The translations under genes and the position numbers were made by a program. The notes beneath the pieces are model-generated. The model saw nothing but the letters and a program-made list of their open reading frames with translations, did no database searches and was not told the DNA's origin. Below are positions 20,506 to 27,652 of a stretch of DNA of 64,000 nt, piece after piece. The stretch is from Gammaproteobacteria bacterium (GTDB lineage Bacteria > Pseudomonadota > Gammaproteobacteria > Eutrophobiales > Eutrophobiaceae), in the NCBI GenBank assembly GCA_963422205.2, contig CAXMWX010000001.1:416001-480000 (forward strand). Reading direction: 5' to 3'. Position 1 is the first letter of the stretch; every line of letters begins with the position of its first letter.

Positions 20506-20953
20506 CTACCGCTGCCGGCGTTAAGTTCAAGGGCGAGTTTTACCAGTTGCTCAACGATAGCCAGATCGCCCATCTATACACCTATCCCAAAACCCCAAAA
20601 ATGAATGCCGTGGTTGGTGAGCTTGCCGAACCATCTGCGAGCGTTCTAATCGCACCATGGTTGGTGAGCCTGTCGAACCATTCAAGAGCAGTCCTGCCTG
20701 TGCGTGTCCGCACGCAGACAGGTCGTGGACTTCCATGAACAGCTGCTGTTTGAAGACCTGCACCTGTTCAATGAAAAACTGGCCGACCTGCCTGTGCGTC
20801 CCTTCACGCAGACAGGCTGACTGGTCAAATATAACGGACTAAGACCACACAAGGGACTGGGATTACGAACACCAGTGCAGTACATTTGGTTGGTGAGCTT
20901 GTCGAACCCTATCCAGCACAACAAAAAGTGCAGTATGTGGTGGACTCATAACA
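20506..20953 (+). mobile_element. IS481-family-like element remnant 1 (3' half of transposase plus right end) interrupted by five micro-insertions
   Basis: After removing inserts it reads FKGEF..HLYTYPKTPKMNAICERxNRTIQEQFVDFHEQLLFEDLHLFNEKLADxLVKYNGLRPHKGLGLRTPVQY..KCSMWWTH (rve integrase C-terminal part) and ends ...CATAACA. Left boundary approximate. Confidence 0.8.
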
Positions 20954-20958
20954 ACCGC

Positions 20959-20987
20959 TTGAAATACCGCAAGCCAGCCTGTAGTAT
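20959..20987 (+). promoter_or_regulatory. Sigma70 promoter of tRNA-fMet
   Basis: TTGAAA-17 nt-TAGTAT followed by a GCGC discriminator, 12 nt before the tRNA. Confidence 0.7.
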
Positions 20988-20999
20988 GCGCTACCACGA

Positions 21000-21076
21000 T
21001 GCGGGGTGGAGCAGTCTGGCAGCTCGTCGGGCTCATAACCCGAAGGTCGCAGGTTCAAATCCTGCCCCCGCTACCA
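21000..21076 (+). tRNA. metY: tRNA-Met(CAT), initiator type (metY position)
   Basis: TGCGGGGTGGAGCAGTCTGGCAGCTCGTCGGGCTCATAACCCGAAGGTCGCAGGTTCAAATCCTGCCCCCGCTACCA; CAT anticodon, three G-C pairs in the anticodon stem, unpaired 1:72, encoded CCA. Confidence 0.97.
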
Positions 21077-21272
21077 TGTCTGCTGCCAGCATCCAGCCTG
21101 CTTCCATCCAACAAATTCACCGCCATAGCGCAAATAAGACGGCAACGACGTCCTTACAGGATAAGGACGGCCTGTCTTATAATAACAAGCAAAAGGGCGA
21201 TGGCTGGTAGCCGTTGCTGTCACATGCGTGAATTGCAAAGCAGCGCAGTCGAGAGAAGCACAACATGGCTAA

Positions 21273-24200
21273 TTGATCGTGAATGAGCAATACATTGAAG
21301 ATAAGCTGATCGGCAAGCTGTCTGATCTCAAATACACCCACCGCCCGGACATTCGCGACCGCGCTACGCTGGAGCGCAACTTCCGGCAAAAATTCGAGAC
21401 GCTGAATCGCATCACACTCACCGATGCCGAATTCAAACGACTCCTTGACGATATTGTCACGTCAGATGTCTATGATGCCGCTAACCGACTCAGAAACCGG
21501 CAAACCTTCATACGGGAAGACGGCACACCGCTCAATTATACCCTCGTCAATCTCACGGACTGGTGCAAAAACGATTTTGAGGTCATCAACCAGCTCCGCA
21601 TGAATACGGACTACAGCCATCATCGTTACGATGTGGAACTCCTTATCAACGGTATTCCCGTTGTCCAGATCGAGCTGAAGACGCTTGGCATCAGTCCGCG
21701 CCGCGCCATGGAACAGATCGTCGAATACAAAAACGATCCCGGCAATGGTTACACCCGAACGCTTTTGTGCTTTGTCCAACTGTTCATCGTCAGCAACCGC
21801 GACCACACCTTCTATTTTGCCAACAACAACCATGCTCACTTTACCTTCGATGCGGACGAGCGTTTCCTGCCCGTCTATGAGTTTGCGGACGAGGACAACA
21901 GGAAAATCACCCACCTCGATGACTTTGCCGCCCGCTTTCTTCAGAAGTGCGATCTTGGCCGGACCATCAGCCGCTACATGGTGCTCATCCAGAGCGAGCA
22001 AAAGCTCATGGTCATGCGGCCCTATCAGGTCTATGCCGTGCAGCAAATCGTCAAGTGCATCGAAGACGATGCGGGCAACGGCTACATCTGGCACACCACC
22101 GGCAGCGGCAAGACCTTAACCTCCTTCAAGGCCGCAACGCTGCTCAAGCAGAACGATGACATCCACAAATGCCTGTTCGTGGTTGACCGCAAAGACCTCG
22201 ACCGCCAGACCCGCGAGGAGTTCAACCGCTTTCAGGAAGGCTGCGTCGAAGAGAACACCAACACCGAAACGCTCGTCCGCCGGCTGTACTCTCGGGACTA
22301 TGCGGACAAGGTCATCGTCACCACCATCCAGAAGCTCGGCCTGGCGCTGGATAAAGACAGCAGGCGCAACCGGCAGCGCAAGCGCAACCACGAGCCGACT
22401 TACAAGCAACTGCTGGAGCCACTCAGCGACAAACGCCTGGTCTTCATCTTCGATGAATGCCACCGCTCGCAATTCGGCGAAAACCACAAAGCCATCAAGG
22501 CGTTTTTCCCCAAAGCCCAGCTATTTGGCTTCACCGGCACGCCGATATTTGAACAGAACGCGACCAGCACGCAGGTGACCGACGAGCTTGCCACCCTGCG
22601 TACCACCGAAGACCTGTTCCAGAAGCAACTGCACGCCTACACCATCACCCACGCCATCGAGGATAAGAACGTCCTGCGCTTTCATGTGGATTACTTCAAA
22701 CCCAATGAAGAAGACGGCAAGCACAACAAAGACGGCAACGACGACAGGCACGACAAAAAGCCACCGAAGCCCGAAGAGGGCATCGCCAAGCGCGCCGTCA
22801 TCGAAGCCATCCTGACCAAGCACGACACCGCCACTGTCGAACGCCGTTTTAACGCCATCCTCGCCACCGCCTCGATCAATGATGCCATCGCCTACTATGA
22901 TCTGTTCAAACAGATGCAAACTCGGCGACAGCAAGAAGACCCCGAGTTTCAGCCGCTGAACATCGCCTGCGTTTTCTCCCCGCCCGCCGAGGGCGACAAA
23001 GACGTGATCCAGATTCAGGAAGACCTGCCACACGAAAAACAGGACAACGCCGTTGAACCGGAAAAGAAAAAAGCCGCCCTGAAGGACATTCTGAACGACT
23101 ACAACGACCGCTATGGTGCGAACCACACGATCAGCGAATTTGACCTCTACTACCAGGACATCCAGAAACGCATCAAAGACCATCAATGGCCCAATGCCGA
23201 CTTCCCCCGGGCGCAGAAAATCGACATCACCATCGTTGTTGATATGCTGCTCACCGGCTTCGATTCCAAATACCTGAACACCCTGTACGTGGACAAGAAC
23301 CTTCAGCACCACGGCCTGATTCAGGCTTTCTCGCGCACCAATCGCGTGCTCAACGACACCAAGCCCAACGGCAACATCCTCGACTTTCGCGGGCAGCAAG
23401 CCCGCGTGGATGCCGCTATTGCGCTGTTCTCCGGCGAGAAAACCGCCGAGCAGGCGCGGGAAATCTGGCTGGTGGACAAGGCGCCCGTGGTCATCGGGAA
23501 GCTGGAGGCCGCCGTGCAGCAGCTCAGCGGTTTCATGAAATCCCAGGGCCTCGAAACCGCCCCCAAAGCTGTGCCAAACCTGAAAGGTGATGCCGCCCGC
23601 GCCGGGTTCATCAATCACTTCAAGGAAGTCCAGCGCCTGAAGACCCAGCTTGACCAGTACACAGACCTCACAGAAGACAACAAAGCCGCCATCGAGCGGG
23701 TGCTGCCGGATGAACAGCACCGCGGCTTCAAGGGTGCTTATCTCGACACGGCCCAACGATTGAAGGCGCAGCAGGGCAGGGGCAAGAGTCAAGGTGAGGG
23801 CAATGAGCCGGCGGATACCCGTAACACCACCCAACTGGATTTTGAATTCGTGCTCTTCGCCTCCGCCCTCATTGACTACGACTACATCATGCGCCTTATG
23901 ACCAGGTTCTCGGCCAACGCACCGGGCAAATCGAAAATGACCCATGAGCAGCTTATCGGCCTGATCAGCGCAGATGCCAAGTTTATGGACGAGCGCGAGG
24001 ACATCGCCGCCTACATCGCCACGCTCAAGCCCGGTGAGGGTCTCAGCGAAACCGCCATCCGCGAGGGATACACCCGCTTCAAGGCCGAGAAGAACGCCGC
24101 CGAACTTGCCGCCATCGCCGCAAGGCACGGCCTTGCAACCGAAGCCTTGCAGACCTTCGTGGATAGCATCCTTAGCCGCATGATCTTCGATGCCGAAAAG

Positions 24201-24341
24201 CTCGGCGATCTCTTCGCCCCGCTCGACCTCGGCTGGAAGGCAAGAGCCGACAAAGAACAGGCGCTGATGGCCGACCTCATCCCGCTGCTGAAAAAACGCA
24301 GCGCAGGCAGGGAGATTTCAGGGCTGACGGCCTATGAGTAA
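21273..24341 (+). CDS. hsdR: Type I restriction enzyme R subunit
   Basis: DVELLINGIPVVQIELK nuclease motif, IWHTTGSGKT, VVDRKDLD, DECHRS, GFTGTP, MLLTGFD, QAFSRTNR. Start may be GTG 21279. Confidence 0.95.
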   Translation: MIVNEQYIEDKLIGKLSDLKYTHRPDIRDRATLERNFRQKFETLNRITLTDAEFKRLLDDIVTSDVYDAANRLRNRQTFIREDGTPLNYTLVNLTDWCKNDFEVINQLRMNTDYSHHRYDVELLINGIPVVQIELKTLGISPRRAMEQIVEYKNDPGNGYTRTLLCFVQLFIVSNRDHTFYFANNNHAHFTFDADERFLPVYEFADEDNRKITHLDDFAARFLQKCDLGRTISRYMVLIQSEQKLMVMRPYQVYAVQQIVKCIEDDAGNGYIWHTTGSGKTLTSFKAATLLKQNDDIHKCLFVVDRKDLDRQTREEFNRFQEGCVEENTNTETLVRRLYSRDYADKVIVTTIQKLGLALDKDSRRNRQRKRNHEPTYKQLLEPLSDKRLVFIFDECHRSQFGENHKAIKAFFPKAQLFGFTGTPIFEQNATSTQVTDELATLRTTEDLFQKQLHAYTITHAIEDKNVLRFHVDYFKPNEEDGKHNKDGNDDRHDKKPPKPEEGIAKRAVIEAILTKHDTATVERRFNAILATASINDAIAYYDLFKQMQTRRQQEDPEFQPLNIACVFSPPAEGDKDVIQIQEDLPHEKQDNAVEPEKKKAALKDILNDYNDRYGANHTISEFDLYYQDIQKRIKDHQWPNADFPRAQKIDITIVVDMLLTGFDSKYLNTLYVDKNLQHHGLIQAFSRTNRVLNDTKPNGNILDFRGQQARVDAAIALFSGEKTAEQAREIWLVDKAPVVIGKLEAAVQQLSGFMKSQGLETAPKAVPNLKGDAARAGFINHFKEVQRLKTQLDQYTDLTEDNKAAIERVLPDEQHRGFKGAYLDTAQRLKAQQGRGKSQGEGNEPADTRNTTQLDFEFVLFASALIDYDYIMRLMTRFSANAPGKSKMTHEQLIGLISADAKFMDEREDIAAYIATLKPGEGLSETAIREGYTRFKAEKNAAELAAIAARHGLATEALQTFVDSILSRMIFDAEKLGDLFAPLDLGWKARADKEQALMADLIPLLKKRSAGREISGLTAYE

Positions 24342-24447
24342 CCCTCACACAACCTCACCCCCACGACGGGGAAACCCCGGGCAGAACAGGCGCACAGACC
24401 GGAAAATCCTGCCTATCTTCGTCATCATGTAAAACAGGTGCAGATTC

Positions 24448-25488
24448 ATGACCAAAAAGACCGACATCAACAAGGCGTTTTACACTGAAATCAGCGGCCT
24501 GCTGGCGCAGGCAAGAAGCCAGTCATACCGGGCGGTCAACATCATTATGGTGCAAACCTACTGGCAGGTCGGCAGGCGTATTGTCGAGCAGGAACAACAA
24601 GGTAGTAGCCGCGCAGGCTATGGCGAGCACCTCATCACCAGCCTTTCCAGACACCTGACCGACACCCTCGGCAAAGGCTTCTCGGAGGCCAATCTGAAAA
24701 ACATAAGGCAGTTTTATCTGGTATTCCCGGACTTTGACCAATTCGCTACGCACTGCGTAGCGAATCTCAGCTGGACCAATACCCGGACGATTATGCGCCT
24801 GGAAAACCCCGAAGAGAGAGCCTTTTACCTCAAAGAAGCCTCCTCGCAAAACTGGAGTTCACGGCAACTGCAACGCAATATCAAAAGCGACTACTACCAT
24901 CGCCTGCTATCCACCCAGCGCAACCCGGCCGCCCCGGAAACAGCGCCGCCCCAGGCGGCAGATTTTATTAAAGACCCGTACATCATGGAATTTTTAGGCG
25001 CTGCCGAGCAGATCACCAGCACGGAATCGGCGCTGGAACAAGCCCTCATTGATAACCTGCAACAGGTTTTGCTGGAACTCGGCAAGGGGTTTTCCTTTGT
25101 TGCCCGCCAGATGCGTATCAGCACCGAAACCACACATTTTTATATCGACCTGGTGTTTTACAATTATCTGCTCAAATGTTTTATCATCATTGATTTGAAA
25201 ACCCGCAAGCTCAGCCATGCCGACATCGGACAGATGGACATGTATGTCCGCATGTTTGATGCGCTAAAGCGAGGCACGGATGACAACCCGACCCTCGGCA
25301 TTATCCTCTGTACCGAAAAAGATGAGACCCTGGTGAAGTACTCGGTATTGCAGGAAAACCAGCAGCTATTTGCCTCCAAATACAAAACCCTGCTGCCCAG
25401 CGAACAGGAAATAGCCGACAGAATTGCCCGCCAGAGAACCCTGGCAGATACCCGCCAGCCATCCGGGCAATCGCGTTCAGGCCAATGA
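24448..25488 (+). CDS. YhcG/DUF1016 PD-(D/E)XK nuclease family protein
   Basis: YWQVGRRIVEQEQQG, LSWT, IKDPY..EFL, LLELGKGFSFVARQ, IDLVFYN, DIGQMDMYV, LFASKY. Confidence 0.9.
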   Translation: MTKKTDINKAFYTEISGLLAQARSQSYRAVNIIMVQTYWQVGRRIVEQEQQGSSRAGYGEHLITSLSRHLTDTLGKGFSEANLKNIRQFYLVFPDFDQFATHCVANLSWTNTRTIMRLENPEERAFYLKEASSQNWSSRQLQRNIKSDYYHRLLSTQRNPAAPETAPPQAADFIKDPYIMEFLGAAEQITSTESALEQALIDNLQQVLLELGKGFSFVARQMRISTETTHFYIDLVFYNYLLKCFIIIDLKTRKLSHADIGQMDMYVRMFDALKRGTDDNPTLGIILCTEKDETLVKYSVLQENQQLFASKYKTLLPSEQEIADRIARQRTLADTRQPSGQSRSGQ

Positions 25489-25515
25489 ATAAACCAGACA
25501 ACAATAGACAACCCC

Positions 25516-25937
25516 ATGAATCAAGATAAACCAGATGGCAATATCGTTTTGATAATTACCAACGCGCATTCAGCTTATTGCACGAAGCGATTGAATTACA
25601 AGATGACAAACCCCTGTCCGATCTGGAAAAAGAAGGCATTATTCAACGCTTTGAATACACTTGGGAACTGGCATGGAAAACCCTCAAGGATTATCTGGAA
25701 CATGAGGGTGTGGTGTTCGATAAAATCACCCCTAAAGCGGTTATCATAAAAGCCATTGAAGCAAAGGTTATCAGCAATCACGAACAGTGGATGAAAGCCC
25801 TGGACGACCGCAACAAGATGAGCCATGTTTATAACCACAGTGACTTTGAAAAAGTCATAGAAAATATTACCCGGCATTATCTGGCATTATTCGACACGCT
25901 CTATGAGAAATTGCTCAATGAAATCCTGCAACCATGA
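25516..25937 (+). CDS. HEPN toxin, HI0074/nucleotidyltransferase substrate-binding family; apparent 1-nt frameshift near 25532
   Basis: RWQYRFDNYQRA, GIIQRFEYTWELAWKTLKDYL, RNKMSHVY (RX4HXY); ATG 25516 (MNQDKP) is one base out of frame with the rest. Confidence 0.85.
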
Positions 25938-27652
25938 ACAACGACATTGACCACGGACTATCGCCCGGCGAATTACGCATCGTGCGGAACATCCTCAGCC
26001 CCTACCAACAACACATTGATAAAGTCGGTATTTTTGGCTCCAGGGCAAACGGCAACTATAAAGAATACTCCGATATTGATTTAGTGCTCTATGGCAACCT
26101 GGCCCAACAAGACCTGGCCCGCCTGCATACCCTGTTCGATGAAAGCCAATTAGGGGTAAGGGTGGACATCAATGCCTATCACCTGATTGCCTATCCCCCG
26201 CTGAAAAGACATATCGACAGCAAACACAAAACGCTGTTTACCGGCCAGGATTTACACCATGGGGGTGAGTTGCCTTCGGCTACGCTCAGGCAGCGGTCGG
26301 GGGGTGAGTCAGACAGTTCAACAGCGGTGGGTGAGCGGAGCCGAACCCCCGAATTGCGTTTCCCGGAATTTCGGGACAAGGGGGAGTGGGAGGTGAAACG
26401 AATTGATGAAATTGCCGATGTTGTTGCTTCCGGCGATTTAGATAAAGAATCTTTTTCACCACAAATGACGGATGAACATGTTTTTCCTATTTACTCCAAT
26501 TCTGTATCTAATGAAGGCTTGTACGGATACAATAACTATTCGAAATATCAGCCAAATAGCATCACAATTACCGCAAGGGGGACATTAGGAGTTGCCTTTG
26601 TAAGAAATACTGAATTTGTTGGTATTGGAAGACTTTTGGTTGTTTCTGAGTTGAGAAATATCGATCCAATATTCTTAAAAGAAAACTGGAATCAATATGC
26701 CAGAATTCCCCTTGAAAATGGCGGTATTCCGCAACTTACTGCGATAAAAACTAAAAGTGTTTCTTTGCTGTTTCCAGAGTTTGAAGAACAACAAAAAATC
26801 GCCGATTGCCTGTCTTCCCTTGACGACCTGATTGGCGCGCATATCGAAAAGCGCGAAGTGCTCAAAGCCCACAAGCGCGGCCTGATGCAACAGCTTTTTC
26901 CTCCGCCGCCTTCGACTACGCTTAAGAATCGGTCGGGTGGTGAGTCAGATAGTTCAACAACGGTGGGTGAGCCGCCTTCGGCTACGCTCAGGCAGCGGTC
27001 AGATAGTTCAACAGCGGTGGGTGAGCGGAGCCGAACCCCCGCATTGCGCTTCCCTGAATTTCGGGACAGTGGGGCGTGGGAGGAAAAAGAACTAGGAATG
27101 GTGAGTGATGTTCGGGATGGTACCCATGACTCCCCCAGATTTGTCAGTACAGGAATGCCACTCGTAACATCAAAAAATTTACTCGCTGACGGCTCATTAG
27201 ACCTCGGTAACGTAAATCTGATCTCAAATAAAGACTATGAGAAAATAAACAAGCGTTCAAACGTAAACGTAGGCGACATACTTTTCGGGATGATAGGAAC
27301 AATAGGAAATCCCGTTTTAGTTGAGTCTGATGAATTTGCAATAAAGAATGTCGCTCTAATCAAAGAAAAGAATGAGTTATTAAACGAATACCTTGTCTAT
27401 CTTTTAGACAGCCAATACATGTTTGATAAATTTCAGATGTTAGCTACTGGAAATACTCAGAAATTTATTGCTTTGGGAAAAATAAGAAGTCTAGTGGTGC
27501 CGCTACCAGTAAAAAAAGAACAACAAAAAATCGCTTCCTGCCTGTCATCTTTAGATGAGTTAATCACCGCCCAGTCGGAGAAAATCGCCCAACTGCAACA
27601 ACACAAAAAGGGCCTGCTGCAGCAACTTTTTCCTCGTGTTACAGGAGAATGA
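25934..27652 (+). CDS. hsdS: Fusion: N-terminal MNT nucleotidyltransferase antitoxin plus type I RM specificity subunit with two TRDs
   Basis: Residues 1-~105 contain FGSRANGNYKEYSDIDL (GSX10DXD); then PELRFPEF, TRD1, EQQKIADCLSSLDDLI..K..LMQQLFP, PALRFPEF, TRD2, EQQKIASCLSSLDELI..KKGLLQQLFP. Start overlaps the HEPN stop (ATGA). Confidence 0.9.
   Translation: MNNDIDHGLSPGELRIVRNILSPYQQHIDKVGIFGSRANGNYKEYSDIDLVLYGNLAQQDLARLHTLFDESQLGVRVDINAYHLIAYPPLKRHIDSKHKTLFTGQDLHHGGELPSATLRQRSGGESDSSTAVGERSRTPELRFPEFRDKGEWEVKRIDEIADVVASGDLDKESFSPQMTDEHVFPIYSNSVSNEGLYGYNNYSKYQPNSITITARGTLGVAFVRNTEFVGIGRLLVVSELRNIDPIFLKENWNQYARIPLENGGIPQLTAIKTKSVSLLFPEFEEQQKIADCLSSLDDLIGAHIEKREVLKAHKRGLMQQLFPPPPSTTLKNRSGGESDSSTTVGEPPSATLRQRSDSSTAVGERSRTPALRFPEFRDSGAWEEKELGMVSDVRDGTHDSPRFVSTGMPLVTSKNLLADGSLDLGNVNLISNKDYEKINKRSNVNVGDILFGMIGTIGNPVLVESDEFAIKNVALIKEKNELLNEYLVYLLDSQYMFDKFQMLATGNTQKFIALGKIRSLVVPLPVKKEQQKIASCLSSLDELITAQSEKIAQLQQHKKGLLQQLFPRVTGE
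26272..26348. repeat. REP-like inverted-repeat unit inside hsdS at the MNT/HsdS junction
   Basis: CCTTCGGCTACGCTCAGG ... GGTGAGCGGAGCCGAACC, with arms complementary at 13/14 positions. Confidence 0.75.
26908..27038. repeat. Tandem REP-like units inside the hsdS central linker
   Basis: CCTTCGACTACGCTTAAG...GGTGAGCC then CCTTCGGCTACGCTCAGG...GGTGAGCGGAGCCGAACC; direct repeat of 26272-26348. Confidence 0.75.

Noticed and set aside
20000-20524. Plus-strand ORFs encoding (AVCGLRS)n
   Set aside because: Antisense read-through of the heptamer tract; only the minus-strand frame joins a recognisable domain.
20610-20909. Family A 23-nt repeats as a mini CRISPR array
   Set aside because: Spacing is irregular (24 nt, then ~200 nt), the intervening DNA is contiguous transposase sequence, and there are no cas genes or leader.
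22521-24128. 535-aa minus-strand ORF and other long antisense ORFs over hsdR, nusA, infB and hsdM
   Set aside because: No recognisable motifs; typical shadow frames of GC-rich genes.
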